From positions 29,700,001-29,764,000 of the forward strand of contig NC_087251.1 of the NCBI RefSeq assembly GCF_037042905.1: a stretch of 64,000 nt of DNA. Reading direction: 5' to 3'. Source of the stretch: Lytechinus pictus. Its lineage: Eukaryota. Numbering within the stretch: position 1 is the stretch's first letter; each line of letters opens with the position of its first letter. Both the position numbers and the translations under genes were made by a program. The notes under the pieces were generated by a model that was given only the letters and a program-made list of their open reading frames with translations, was not told the origin of the DNA and did no database searches. Of this stretch, positions 49,827-64,000 are shown in pieces.

Positions 49827-50604
49827 TATATATCTTATTTTACAAAAAGGAATGTCTTCAAAAGGGACTTAAAGGCATTACACCGCCTTTCATTGATTCC
49901 TTTAAGTTGCTTTAATAAATACAAAATGAATTATCACAGAACAAACATAATACTCGAAGTTTACTGAATATCACACAGAAATAAACATGGTAAATGAAGT
50001 ATACAGACGACATTCGGTATCTGATGTATAATCTTCATGCATACTAATATTATAACATGTCCATTCCGATTGTACATAGCAATAATGTCATAACTATATG
50101 ATGGTTTTATTTATGCAAAATGCATGATTTTTAATGGTCTATCAATATTTTTTATATATATTCTACTAAGTCATGTTTCACTATCATAAAATAATCATTT
50201 GACATTCGGAATTTTTTTCTGTTGTAATCTTTTATGATGTTATTTGCTGGTATTTTACATTCATTCAGTTCACTTTTTCATGTGAATTTGTCAGATTGGA
50301 AACTCCCAGACGAACTATACCAACATATTCATCAACGTCAAACATTTTAAAAGTCAAGTCCATCCAACAATAATCAAATTTAGATGAATAGAAAGAATCA
50401 AAATTAAGTGAAAATGTCATCAAAATGAATCAGTGATTCTGCCACCCCATACCCCTCTACACTAAATTTCTCTCTATTTCCATTCAACCTCTCACCCTTT
50501 CTTCTTACTTAGCTTTCACCATTTCTCCTTTTTCACTTTTATACATCTTTTGTTTTCTTTCTCTCCTTCTTGTTTTCTCCTTTTCTATTGTTTTCTTCCT
50601 CTCT

Positions 50605-50627
50605 TTTTCTTTCTTTCTTTCTTTTTC

Positions 50628-50722
<95 letters not shown>
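50605..50722. repeat. (CTTT)n microsatellite
   Basis: Directly visible. Confidence 0.95.
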
Positions 50723-50725
<3 letters not shown>

Positions 50726-51144
50726 GTACTTTCCTTCTTCTAAACCTGCATTAGCGAATAATGTCTTCAAATGTCATATTTGTTATTTGTTGAACTAAAT
50801 TTTAATGTTAGAGTTTATTTTTAGCACCAGCTATTGAGGAGAGTCTTTTCACAGAAACTTGATTTCTTTTGATAATCCCCAGGCATTAGCTGGTGTTCTT
50901 TCCTTTTTTGAGTGTTTTTTGTTTTTCTATTGTATATTGTATGACGATTATTTTCAATGTAATGACTTTGACTATTGTTACGAGTATAATCTCCAATGTA
51001 TCCCTGAAAATAAAATAAGATAAAAAATAAAATAAATAAACTAAATATATATATATATATATTATAAATATTTATTATGTACCTCTATGGTAGAGGTTGC
51101 ACATGTTTAAATATAGGAAATTGTTGATTTAACGTTAGAAAATA

Positions 51145-51860
51145 CACATTTTGCCTTAAAAGTGCTTGAAGGTAGAATATATTATTTTTTTGCAAACTGC
51201 CTTATTTATGTTTTGTTTTAATGCCAATATGCTGCCAGGCTCATTTTCTTCAATGTTTCAGCCTAACAGCACTGTCCATTCATATAGCACAAGACAGTCA
51301 TCGAACATACATTTGGTTAATCCCCGCACCTCATTAAGCTCATAAATCAATCAGACACCGTGGTTTAGATGTTTGGAATTCTCTTCCACATAATATTCGA
51401 AATTTGAAAACCTCACATTCTTTTAAATTGGCTGTAAAGCACAATCTCCTTTCAAAATTACAGAATCTGTAAAGTGCTAGTAACGTACATGTTAGTAATT
51501 TTGATTTCTTTCTTTTTTTTCTTTGTAACTGAAGATTAAGAATTTAACTTTGTTGAATTACTATTACCATACATTCATAACAACTTGAAACTTAATTGTT
51601 ATATCTTGGCAGTCTATCACTTGTATATTCTTCTCTTTCTTTCCTCTCATCCTTATTCTTACATTTTTATTTTGTTTTCTTGGATGCAAAACCAGTTTAA
51701 AGGTGCTTCAACCAATCAAGCTTTTAGCTTATGTTGCAACACCTTTGTATGTTCATTATTTACTTGTGTTTTATGTATATTTATATATTATCTGTGTATT
51801 CTTTTACATTGTACATTGTGAACATGCATGAATAAATAAATAAATAAATGAATAAAAATA
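51145..51860 (+). mobile_element. 5'-truncated LINE (L2/Crack/Daphne-like): ORF2 C-terminus plus 3' UTR
   Basis: Translates LPGSFSSMFQPNSTVHSYSTRQSSNIH...SIRHRGLDVWNSLPHNIRNLKTSHSFKLAVK (one frameshift); (AATA)n tail. Confidence 0.8.
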
Positions 51861-51992
51861 AAGTCATTCAATTTGAATAAACAGAAAAACGATTAGACAA
51901 GCGTAATAGTGAAAAGTTCAGCAAAATCGATCGTAAGTTACAAAGTTATATCATTTCAGAGGTTTCGCTCGTTTTCACAAAACATTCGTTAA

Positions 51993-52576
51993 AGAAGAAT
52001 GAAACTCTTGGAGCAAGTTAGCTTTTGTGAAAGCAGAAAAATCAAAGAATAAGATCAACAAAAGTTTGAGTAAAATAGGACTAGCAATAGAAGAGTTATG
52101 AGCATTTGAATGTCAAGATCACTAATGCTATGGAGATCCTCCCTTTGGCAATGCGACCAAGATCTATGATGTCACAGATGAACAACTCTCCCCTTTTGGA
52201 CACTGAAAATATACCCCAAAACATCTCTTTTTGCTCATTCTAATCATATGAAAAACGATTCATCAATGATATAATGTTGTGAAACCTCTGTACTTGTCCT
52301 CTCATAAAGAGAACACCTCACCTTGTGATAGACTCTATAAAAGTGAGAATATAAGTGAAATAAGTACTAAAGTAATGAGGGAGTTGTACGTGTGTGACAT
52401 CACTGATCTTGGTCGCATTGCCAATGGGAGGAACTACATGGCATTAGTGATCTCAATATTCAAATGCTCATAACTTTCTTATTATTCATTCAATCTTCCT
52501 CAAACTTTCAACAATATGTTTCTTTGATTTTTCTCTTTGATATGGATTCAGCTGGTTTCAAGGGTTTCATTCTCCT
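51993..52576. mobile_element. TTAA MITE family B nested in an old family A copy
   Basis: TTAA-AGAAGAATGAAAC ... GTTTCATTCTCCT-TTAA; degenerate family A sequence on both sides (~51860-52990). Confidence 0.8.
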
Positions 52577-55500
52577 TTAAGCACAACATGTAGGAAGTGT
52601 AGATCATACATTCAATAACGCCACACGCTATGGTCTTTTGGATATCATTATACGGACTATGATTTCAGTTTTCCTCATGTAATACAAAATATGGTTTGAC
52701 CACATTAAACACGTGGAATCACCATTATTATAATTTATTATAATCCAAACAAGAGCTTCTTCCTGATATTTCTACAAAGATTGAACAATAATAGTTTGGG
52801 GAGGCACTATAGGCTCTATCATTTAATTAGCTGCCGTGTCTGGAATAAAACTGTTTTATGGAATTAAGAGAAACTGTAAATAAAAAAAAAACTTCTGACT
52901 TTATATCCGAAATAGCTTATATTTTCAGCGTTCAACTTTCTTCTATCTTTGTATCTGAAATATACGTTTTGTTTAGATGAACTTAAACTTTAGGGATAGC
53001 GGAAATTGTAAATGTTCCTGAAATTGACTCGATTTGGTCAAATTAATTATTAAAATTATTCCTTGTATCAAGTCCATGTTTATGTTAATCACTTAAGTCC
53101 ATATTTATGCCAATGCCAGCATTACTGGCATTGTCCCTTTTTCTCGTAATTCAGGATACTGACGTCAAATTAAATGGATATAAATTTATAGAATAAAATA
53201 TCCTTTTCGCTCTGTACAGACATCCATCATGACCTCTTACTTGAACTAAAACCGCTGATTGATTTATAACCATATATATTTCATTTGAAAATCATTCGTT
53301 GGCTCTTAACTTGTGTTCTTTATTAAATAATACAATTTGGAGAAAAAAAAATTGGCGACGTGCTATCTCTTCAATTGGCAAGCGCGCATTATCGAAAGGG
53401 AATAATGCATCCGGATTATATCTGATCACGTGATTCCTGGCGCCAAGTTCCTTTTCTGCCAAAGATCCAAGGACGCGGCGCCGCTTAACTTATGATCACA
53501 ATATTTCTACTCTGTTGAAACTCAATGTGATAGAGGTCAATTAAAACAATTCGTGTCATTACGAGGAGTAGCGTGTCAATCGATTGCCATAGGTGGAGGA
53601 TAAAATCATAAACACGTTTAACACGATTACCGTGATGTAAACAATTTACTCTGAGCGTCCAACGCATTAAGTGTTTTACACTTGCATGCTTTATAGATGA
53701 TTCAGCTCTTGGTCCTTGTAATATCATCGATGAAAGCCCATCAATCCGCACCAACGATTTATCGATGAACAGTTACAGAATTGTGTCCGGTAAAAAGACA
53801 CTTGAGAAAGGATAACCCCCGTCTTCATGGTCAGGGATCCATTCACTTTGGTCGTTATATCATCATCCATTAAGATGCGACCTAAACTTGATTATCTTAA
53901 GGATTAAAACATAGGGATTCGAACTAAGGATTTGCAGAGGCAATCGATGACTGATTCATGTGCATTTGACTTTAAACAAATTATATGAACAAACGTCGTC
54001 GAACTTATCTTTGTAATCAATAAATTCATTTTCATAAGACTCAAGATTTGAAAAAAAGGGGTGCTATATATCTCTACTTTGACACTGAGAGACATCCGCT
54101 TAAAATTTGAAAATGCAATTAGACAAAAATCTCTTAATGTCCTTGATCGTTTTGTTTTTGCTTGTTTGTTTTTGTGTGTACATGTGTCTGTGGATTTTAT
54201 ATTAGTGTATAGGCCACATTAAAAAGAAAATATCACTGGTATCGTTTACACAAGTAACTTCCGTCTTAATATATTGTTTGAAATGATTACTTATGGGTCC
54301 ATAATTTAGTGGAAGGGTCCATCCCCCCAAAAAACGGCATTATGCGTGCCTTTTTATCAGATGTTTCTCTTAGTATTTTAATAACTTTCTTTCTCCCAAT
54401 GTTGTAAAAAGAACGTCTTTGTATTATCTTTCTTAAAATTTTTATTTTGCTTTGGAGTGCCTTTGACAGGTCTTTTGCCTTTAATAATTTCGCACATCCA
54501 ATCTGCATTTAATAAGTCAAATTTATATCTAGTCTATCAAAAGCACATCTATCATGAGTTTTGAATACGGTTTACTTTGACAACAACATTAATCCATATC
54601 ACCAAACAAAGGAAAATAAATATTGATATCACATGTTTATTTAGTAAATATTTCCAGTGATTATGAATTTCAAATCCACGGATATAATCCACAATATTGA
54701 ATTCACAGTCATCCAAATTGGTTCTTTGACGAACCGAATCTTGCTTCCTGTGCATCCCATCTCTTATACTTTCATTAGAGGTGTATTTCTCTTTACATTC
54801 CCTGATACAGCAATAAGATACTTCCACCTACACACGACGATATTCTTCTTTTCCCCTTATTTTTCTATAATAGAATCCATCTAACGTTTCGTGTTTGCTT
54901 ACTTCATCAATCGTTTCAATTACGAAGGGATACAAACACTTTTGGAGGGCCTGCGGCGTCCTAGGTGTCCATGGACTTCATTCAAGACAAGAAGAGACGA
55001 TCCTCCCACCAAGAAATTAAACTTTTTCTTGTCCGTGTCCTCTTCTCTTTCTTCCTATTTTGCCGTCGATCCTCCTATTGTCCCCCATCAAAACAAAAGA
55101 ACCTTGACGCTTGGGGTTCTTTACAAACTAATTTACACCCTGGAGGATGTTTCTTGGAGACACAATAAAGAGGAATTGTATCGGTTTCAATCTACGTAAC
55201 ACACCCTAACAAAACAACGGGGGAAACGGATACACGAGCGATTCTTGTCATCCATTGTGGTGGGACTTTCCTTACAATAGACACACTAGACAACCATGTC
55301 CGGGCCTAATTTCACAAAGTATTTCATCCTTATCAGATTTCTGTCCAAATGGCAACACAAACCGGTATGAAATGATGAGATGGCAAAGCATACACAAGAT
55401 GAAATATATTGATGGAGGCGTGGAGAAATCAGTTAAATGTACGAGGGGAAGTACCAATACAAAGATGCAATTAGGTAGTGAAATTTCCTCCTATAGAGAG

Positions 55501-56360
55501 CCACCCTACTTACAAGTTACAAAACTTCATGAAATTCATTTACAAAAAAATAAAAATAGATATTGCGGATGTCATACAGTCTGTGTGATTTGACTTTGCG
55601 CATTATCTCGCACTTTGTTTCTTAACATTTAGATAAGAAGTTAGAATACATTTACATTTTATATAGGTTTCGTAAAAAGGGGTTCCCCACCACTGACCAT
55701 AAGGCATCAATAAATGGTCAGCCCCACCATTTTCGAAACCGTTCCTCGGCCAGAAAAAAAAACCAACATGGAATGAGTATCAAAGTTGTTCGATGTCGAT
55801 TGTTCACATCGATTTTCGTAAGTTATCACAATCATGATACAAGGATGTGCATTTTTTTAAATCCTAGAATGTGAAACACAATTCATAAGTTCATAAGTTC
55901 ATAAAAATGTATTTCCACATTCGTATACATAAAAAGATGTCAAAGACACTAGTACGTAGAAAACTTACATAATACATCAGAATACAAAGCAGAAAAATGA
56001 ACAAAAAAAAGTAATATATTCTTGATGGAATAATATTGATAATCCTTACTCTCTTAAAATTTTGGGCAAAAAATGACAAACTTTTAACCAACCCTGGGCA
56101 GCATACTGTCCACACAACAATTGGTTAAAATCTGCCCAAATTGGGTAATAAAAACTAAATAATTGGGTAACAAATTTGCTTAATTGGATTATAGTTGCCC
56201 AGAATATATACATATTTTTATCAACATACATTACCCACCAGCACAGTGGACAGTATGTTGCCCAACATTTTAACTGTGTACTTTAGGTATTAATTCATGC
56301 GAGGTGACCTTTTACGTACATGCGATGCAATTAGTACCAAAAATCATTATAGGAGCCTAA

Positions 56361-56523
56361 GACCTTGGTCACATTTGCTCTACGGCGGCCGTACGGCGAG
56401 TTGAAAACAGCCGTTTTAACATTTGTTTGTACCAGCTACATATAGGTGGTTTAAGTAAAAATGAATAAAACGGCTGTTTTCGACTCGCCGTACGGCCGCC
56501 GTAGAGCGAATGTGACCGTGGTA
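56361..56523. mobile_element. Short Harbinger/Tourist-type MITE
   Basis: TAA on both sides; ~55-bp TIRs GGTCACATTTGCTCTACGGCGGCCGTACGGCGAG. Confidence 0.85.
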
Positions 56524-57034
56524 TAATAGTGCAAACAAAAATAAGCAATATGGCTTCTTCAGCTCACTTATTATCATAATGTGCAAAAAAGTCTTTAGTA
56601 TTTCCATGACAACTTTTAGCTTTCTCCCGAATCCATTTATTTTTTTAATTCGCTTGAATGAACGTGATACCAGGGCAGATCTGATTTTTTTAAAGAGTTT
56701 GGTGCTTTGTTCAACGTCAATGTGTTTATATTAAGATGTTATATAAGTGCAAAATACATCGCTATCAACTTAGCTATATAGTACAGTTAAGCATGGGAAA
56801 ATATGTTTAAATGAATTACAGTTAGCAAAACTAACGAATGAATAAGATATACCAATTACTAACACCAAAATCTTTATTTAGCAATAATTTTTGAAACACA
56901 TTCATGTGTACATGAATTGATGTATAAATGAATAAATAAATAAATAACTCATAATTGAGTGAGTAAAAGAAGATTATTAATGATTGTATTATTAGATAAA
57001 TAAGTGAATAAATTATTAATGAATGGATCAACCA

Positions 57035-57142
57035 ATGAATGAATGAATGAATGAATGAATGAATGAATGAATGAATGAATGAATGAATGAATGAATGAAT
57101 GAATGAACGAACGAACGAACGAACGAACGAACGAATGAATGA
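57035..57142. repeat. Compound (GAAT)n(GAAC)n microsatellite
   Basis: Directly visible. Confidence 0.95.
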
Positions 57143-58319
57143 ATTAATTAATTGGATTAAAAAATAACAGTACAATACCATGTATATACTACATAGGTTT
57201 AAAAAATGATGATATAGAAGTACTAGTACATAGTAACCATTACAACCGACCATTATTCGAAAGCCTTTATGTCGTATGAATTATGTCAAGAAACAATTCG
57301 TGTTTGCAAGATACGTATGTTATATCCTCGAATAATTCTTCCCCTATCAAACAGAAGTATGATGATGGCAATGGTGTCGGCTTGCCTTGAGTTGAAAGGG
57401 CCGTGATGTCTTCAAAGAAATATGAAACATAATTGAAATGTTTCTCGGCCCAAGATAAAAGGCTTCGGCGTATTATGCATCAAAAAGGGGGGAAGAAGAA
57501 TAGAGAATTCGTGCAAAATTGTATAATGGTCATATTCAATATAATGGATTCATCTTGTAGACTCGATTCACTACCCTGAAGTAGTCCAGAGGTATGAAGA
57601 CATTGTCAGTTGTCTCGCTTTCTTCATTCAGATTATACCTCGATTTACACGTATACATCAATTGTGTCGGACTCTCTAAATGCCAAATGGTATTATGTCA
57701 TAAACTTGTTCATGAGTTTCCCTGTTTCTTCAAATAACATCTAACCTATTTTCAACATTATATAGATACGAAATTATATAGTTTTAGACTGGCCGCGCTT
57801 TGAAATGTTTTTGTTTTGTAGTAATATTTAGTATTCATTCACTTCAAATAAAATTCATACATACATAATATAGAAAATATCAAACAAAATATGTTATTTT
57901 GAAATGTTGTAAATTCAACATCGCGAGAACATAACCGATAACAAGCTTTCATTTTCAAGTTGCTATCTGATTGGAATGATAAATCAATATTACACAGCAC
58001 AAACATATATATTTTTAATATTACATCCATTGCAAAGAAAAGAAAAAAAAATCAAATTACATAAATATACATGACACAAAAGTAAACTCAGAGGAGGAAG
58101 GATATAAAAATATAGCTTGTAGATATATAACACTTATATGGACTAAATGAAATGACATAAAGTTTTCGTTAAATCATTTGGTGTGTAAAAAAATGCTCCT
58201 GGTGATCTCCATTTGAGTATACTTAATTTTTGGGAAAATAATGTCAATAAAGATAATAATAGAATTATTTCCTCAATCGTTAAGTTCCAGATGATACCCA
58301 AATAGAAATGGAGGGAGAA

Positions 58320-58558
58320 CCCTTCGTATGTTCGAATCCCACCATGGTCTAGCGTCCTTTGGAAAGGCTTCAATCCACACTTTCACTTTGTCACTCTCAC
58401 CCAGGTGCTATTGGGTACTGTGGTTGGTTAAGCAAGATAGCGCCTAACAGGCTGCGAAAAAGCTTTGAATCCAGTGACCGGGTAATAAAAATTGTGAAGC
58501 GCTTTGAGCAGCCATAGATTGATAAAGCGCTATATAAAAACCAATTATTATTATTATC
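58320..58558 (+). mobile_element. tRNA-derived SINE with an L2-like tail
   Basis: B box GTTCGAATCC, core CACTCTCACCCAGGTG, tail AAGCGCTATATAAAA followed by (ATT)n. Confidence 0.65.
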
Positions 58559-58667
58559 ACTATTAAACCTTAAATGTATACACAACGATATTAACATGTG
58601 AATTTAAGAAAAATTCACGATTTTTCTTTGGGTGTATGACAAATATAATTTGACATGATTATTAGTA

Positions 58668-58870
58668 GGCGCGTTAGCTCAGTCGGTAGAGCGGGGGACT
58701 CGTATTCCGGTGACCCGGGTTCGATTCCCACTTGGTGCGCTAGTGCCCTTTGGTAAGGCATTAATCCTCAGTACCAGGTCCTTCGGAGAGGACCTTAAGC
58801 CGTCGGTCCTCTGGTTGCTTGCTTACAAGCATTCATGCTTTCTTAGCAATCAGGTAAAAAAATCACCACC
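58668..58870 (+). mobile_element. Young tRNA-derived SINE (head resembles tRNA-Thr CGT)
   Basis: A box TAGCTCAGTCGG, B box GGTTCGATTCC, defective anticodon and T stems, and a SINE body GCCCTTTGGTAAGGCATTAATCC...TAAGCCGTCGGTCC. Confidence 0.8.
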
Positions 58871-59934
58871 AATACCAATACATTGTTTGGTTTAAGCTTA
58901 GATATCTACAGATGGTTGTCGGTTACATTCTTCTTTTATTATTTAATGCGATGAATTTTTTTCTTTACATTTCACGTAGAATGGTGTGAAGCATATTAAC
59001 ACACATTTTTTCATGAAAATTATATTCATCATACATGTTCTGAATCAAACAAAGAAGAAATGGTCGGTGCAAAAGTAATGGGATCATGAATGGAATAAAA
59101 ATAATAAAACACGCGCGCATCCCACCCCGCGCATAAACCCCCTCACAACCTCAATATAATGTCATTGTCACAGATACACCATTTTAAAGAGGATCCTGTC
59201 CACATAGGAAGAGATTTATTAATAATTCAACAATAAAGTAGGCTTAAATACAAAATCTATTACGAGTCTGTAGAGATATGGTTGCATTTAATCATCAGAG
59301 AAAAACATGCCTTTATATTTCATTTATTTCTCAGTTGTTTCTATTCTGTAAAAGCAACTAGAACAGAAATTAACTATTAGATAATCTCTGAAATAAATTT
59401 TATATGAAAAGTACAAAAGTAACTCTACCTCTAGAATGAGAAATTAAATCCCTCACATAATGAATCAATGAAATAAAATAGAAAAAATAAATTAAAGACC
59501 AAATAAATCTATTTCTAGTATCGGAACCACTGAATCATCTGGATTTTAATTCTTTCATTTACAATATTTCAATTTATCATGTTGCAATTTTGTTACAGTT
59601 GGAGTCCCTCCTTCATCAACATTATTGAGGCATGTACACTTTCTTTTTAATAATGGATGCCTTTTTATATTCAATGCTTTTAATATATCAAATGCGTTAC
59701 ATGAGCAGTATAAAGTCACATCCATAATCCTTATTGAACATTGTATAATAGACTTGAAAATATGTGATTTTGATATATATTTTGTAGTCAATGTATTCTA
59801 ATCCCATTACTTAAATTAAATGTAAAACTTGAATTAACATAAAATTCAACGAATTACAGACTGCACGTATGTGGGAATTTGTTTTGGCGAGGAAGAGTGA
59901 AATCTTCGTCGATGGTGAATATGGAGCAATAAAT

Positions 59935-61930
59935 TCAATTTTTTTTCAATTCTTTATTCCATTTCCATTCAAAACATAATACAAAGTAATATAAAGTAAT
60001 ACAAATCAAATACAATTTTACAGACGAGCATTCTTACTTCGTAAAACAAACAAAAAACAGTATATTGAGCATAAATGGAAATGAGGGGGGTCCACTAAAA
60101 AGCAAAGCTTGTAAAGTGTGGATCCCCCTTGGAAATGAAGAAAATATAATCGACTTCATATATGCGTTTATATACAGGGGGAAAAAAAAAGTAACAAAAA
60201 GGTCGAAATCATATTGATGTAAACATAATTACAGAACAAGTGCAAAGTTATTCACACAAAGAGGTCTTCGCTGTGAAGGATATGTTGCGCAATAGACAGA
60301 AGAAAAAAGCAGAAAGAGAGAGGGAATGACAAGACATAGAAGACAAGACAAAACAAGAGACAGGACAGTACAAGACAAGATAACATAATAAGTATTTTTA
60401 GAAATTAAAAGGAGGAAAAGTCAGAATGGGGAAGGGCTGACCACAAACCAGCTTGATCTGGTGAAGTAACAAAAGATGATATAACTGGACAATATAAGAT
60501 GAAAAAAGATAAAACAATAAAATGAAAAATGTATAAGGATGATAATCAAGATAATGAGGTCTTAGTTCCGTTGCGAAGTATTATATGAATGAAGCAGGAT
60601 AAGTTTGAGTTTACGTTTGAATGAATTTAAAGAGACACTGTCAATGAGAGTGAAGATAGAAGGAGAAACAAGAAGAAGGTGGAGGGGATAGAAAGAGAAG
60701 GGGATGAACTAGAGAGAGAGAGAGAGAAAGGGGAAAGTAAGAGGGAGAGAGAGAGAGAAATAAAAATAGTGTGTGTGAGAGGCAGAGAGAGTATATTGAA
60801 AAGAGACCAAATACGGTAGTTAAAGGGGGAGAGAGGGACAGAGGTACGTTTTCTAAAATGGTTGACGATTTGACTTTCTCCCACTTGGGGAAATTAGAGG
60901 CAAAAAAATATGGGTGAAATTATGATTGGAACTAATTTACGCTCAACCTATATAGAAATGATTGTGTATGGGAGAGGTGTTAAATGAAGTAATTAATGAT
61001 CATTCTACCGTGCTCAGAGCTCGCTTCTTGCACTTTCTTGCAAGAACCACGTTGTGGTAATCATATAATTTCTAATTGATTTATTTTCTGCTCGCGTCAC
61101 TCTCGAGAAAACGATAGGTAAATGAGGTGGGAATATAAAAAGAAATTACGATAGTAGGTGCATACAATGTGTGTCTGAGACCAGACGAACTCGGATATAT
61201 ATATATATAAATAGTACATGGGGATATTTTGTCGACTAATGATGAAAACAAAATGGCGAAAATCGTGTGTTTTGAAGAAATTGAATGATTAGTAGTATTT
61301 TTCATATATGTCATCATGTAAATATTGATCAGAATGGTTGGAAAAGGCGAGTTTTCTCTTTATCCAGAAAAGATATGACTTGGAGTGAAAAGGATGATAA
61401 TTGCATGGATATTTAGACAGGAAATATGTGAAAGGAAGGGTTAAAAAAGACATAGAGAGATAGAGAGAGGGGGGGGGTAGAGAAAAGTGGTTGTGTTTGT
61501 GTATGAGTGAATGATTAAAACTGTGTGCAATATGCGTAGGTGTATAATTTAGGGAGGTGTGTACTGTGTATGTTTTTATCTGATGGGAGAGTGGAAGATA
61601 GATAGAGTGAGAGAGTGGGGGGGGGGGGGATAATGTAGTTTGTATTATTTTGTGGGTGTGCATGTAGATGATGAAGACAGAGGGATGATATAAATCAGGA
61701 AAAGAGTTGAATAAAAAATTTAAGTAAGATGATGGAAAAACACAATTTTTGAGAAAAAAAAATTGTTTTACGGGAAAAGATGATCGATCAGAGATGAGGG
61801 AGCGAGCGCGTGGGATGGGTGCCAGCAAATAATGTATGCGTGTGTGGGACGTGTGTGTGTGTTTTAAGAAATGAAATGAAACGAAAGATGCGTTACTGTG
61901 GATTGAGGAAATGCTGAACATTTATAATGG
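59935..61930 (-). mobile_element. Highly degenerate LINE fragments interspersed with GA-rich low-complexity DNA
   Basis: Minus-strand SLNSFKRKLKLILL near 60580-60635 and an NYHP motif near 61390. A 3' UTR hairpin at 60083-60130 is related to those at 36241 and 42910. Confidence 0.5.
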
Positions 61931-62752
61931 AAGAGGAATTTTTAACAAACACCCACCCTCAACCCACCCCACAAAAAACATCTAGAGAGGACTGACATGT
62001 AGGGTTGGATGAGCTGGTGTTCACGACTAAAGAAAATAACACGACATGAATATCACTTTAAATAAAAGAAAATGATAAAAACAACATGAAGAAAAAGAAA
62101 GAAGGAACACCAGTCAACTCTAGTCAAGCACTCCACAAACATTGACGCGGCAGAAAGACATAACACCACTTGACCGAATCATTTTGTTTAATCGGGTGTC
62201 CTGCCCCTGGGCTATTATTGGCGGGGGAAATTATTTATATTCATAAGTCTGAGAGCGATAATTGCCTTTCCACAATACGTCAAGAAGCAGTGCAATTAAT
62301 TCCCATGCCAGCAGTTACGGTGATTTCGAGATGTCTCTCATTCTAGCTTTCACGAAACGGTTTCAAAGAGTTTTTCTTATTCATTTAAGAATAAAATAGT
62401 AAGCGATCATTAAAAGGAAATTCTCGCAGTCTTATATTTGTTTGATTTAATCTCTCAGGAAATAATCACCCACGTGTCTTTCATACCAATTTAACGGACA
62501 AGGTTTTGAACAATGTCGGTAGTTGTAAAAGATGACAAAAATTGAATAGTGGAATAGGTGAAAAAGGATAGAGATTTTTTCATTTTTATTATCATAGTTA
62601 TGTTCAAGATTACAAATCATAACAACTGGCACACATCCTCTTTAAGTCAATTAATAAAATATTCCAAAAGATCTTTGCCATATCTCATGAGGTTTCGAGC
62701 TTAATGATGTTTTGGTGTATATACGAGCGCGCGTGTGGGTGTATGTGGGTGC

Positions 62753-63831
62753 CAGGGGCGTCGATCCATTTTTCAGATTGGGGGGGCAAAATCATGAATC
62801 AAGTTCCAAAGGCGCTCGATCACACAAAACAAACAAACTTACCCACACACACACACATACAAACATAGGGCTTTATATATGTATACACACATACACATAT
62901 ATATATATATATAGGGGGGTTGCGGGGTGAACACTAACTTGCTATCGAGTTCTGAGGCGGATCAGCTCAATATTAGCCGCAATATGGGTATCTAAATGTC
63001 ATGCAGTAATAATCACCAGGTGTAGTCTTTACTGTACAGAGCTCGTTGATGATATAAATAATATATATATATATATATATACATATTTAAACATGACTAA
63101 TGAGAAAGAGACAAATATCCCACCAACAACTTAATGCGAGCGCGAAGCGCGAGCTGAAATTTTTTAGTATACTGACCTGAAAACAGGAAAAAGGTACCTG
63201 TTTATGACTGTTTGTAGTAACTCGTGAGGAGGACACATATCTCACTGCACAGATAATGCGAGTGCCGAGAGCGAGCTGAAATTTCTTCATATTCTGACCT
63301 AGAAAGCTTGAAATTCAAAGCATTTTCGGTACTAATGATTAAGATGGGTATCTAAAAGAACAATAGATGCGAGCGCGAAGCGCGAGCTGAAACTTTTGAT
63401 ATTATCGAACTGAAAAAAATGACAGTTTAAAGGACGTTTTTAATAAAGAACAAGATATATATCCAACAAAAGATTATTGCAAATCGAAGCGGGAGTTCTT
63501 TTGAGGTTTAGAACTGAAAACGGGACATTCTGTTCACCTATTTAATCATGAAAAGTATGGGTTTTGCTACAGAAATAATGCGAGCGCGTAGCGCGAGCTA
63601 AAAATTGTTATATTCCATCCTTAAAAGAGGACATTTTTAGCACGATTTTAAATAAAGAACGAGTTGTCTATCTCAATCTCGCTTGCTGATTTCTATGTAA
63701 CATTACAATCTTATTTTATTTGTGCACATGCGGAATTATTGGGGGGGGGGGCAAAACGATATGTTTGCCCCCCCCCCCAATATTTTGATTGGTGGGGCAA
63801 TCGCCCCCCCCCCCCAGGATCGACGCCTCTG
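62753..63831. mobile_element. Non-autonomous hAT-type element
   Basis: TIRs CAGGGGCGTCGATCC / GGATCGACGCCTCTG; 8-bp TSD GTGGGTGC; internal GCGAGCGCGAAGCGCGAGCT repeats at ~115-bp spacing. Confidence 0.88.
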
Positions 63832-64000
63832 GTGGGTGCTGGGTTGTGTGTGAGAGTGTGTGGGTGTGTGTGTGCAGGAACGACGGAAGGAATTTGAAAG
63901 AGGTACGGTATTGTTTGAAATTCATGAACATGATGCGTATCTCACTAGACTAAAAAATAATACTGCGAGCACAGACACAAATCCAAGTTTTTGGATACAT

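Noticed and set aside
55255..55280. miR-278-like word GGTGGGACTTTC (and a miR-71-like TGAAAGACATG at 37274)
   Set aside because: Partial matches only, with no precursor hairpin.
58668..58742. Functional tRNA-Thr(CGT) gene
   Set aside because: The anticodon and T stems pair at only about three positions, and a SINE body follows with no poly-T terminator.
50550..61921. ORFs rich in F/S/L or K/E/R (e.g. 50550, 56831, 60627, 61289; also 9887 and 21109)
   Set aside because: They arise from microsatellites and purine/pyrimidine low-complexity tracts.

Overview
Eukaryotic, AT-rich, repeat-dense genomic DNA. It is animal, and the repeat families and Mag-type retroelement suggest an echinoderm such as a sea urchin (inference). 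One clear host protein-coding gene is present: B9D2 on the minus strand, with three coding exons (9718-9631, 9091-8966, 8169-7859; 174 aa). Its likely non-coding first exon sits inside a 450-bp palindrome. Just upstream is a complete, very young Ty3/Gypsy (Mag-like) LTR retrotransposon (12284-19415) with identical 171-bp LTRs, a GTTAT target-site duplication (TSD), a tRNA-Ser primer binding site and an intact 1425-aa gag-pol. A 7-kb PIF/Harbinger-like DNA transposon (24633-31706) has perfect terminal inverted repeats (TIRs) and carries a decayed three-exon MADF gene. Much of the rest is MITEs (TTAA, TA, TAA and 8-bp hAT TSD types), two tail-to-tail Helentron-like elements, a small Helitron, SINEs, LINE tails and microsatellites. 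The least explained structure lies at 24-42 kb. A multi-motif promoter module recurs four times; two copies appear to drive related short, spliced, non-coding transcripts, and one of these overlaps a candidate orphan C/D-box snoRNA. No database searches were possible, so all family assignments rest on motif recognition.
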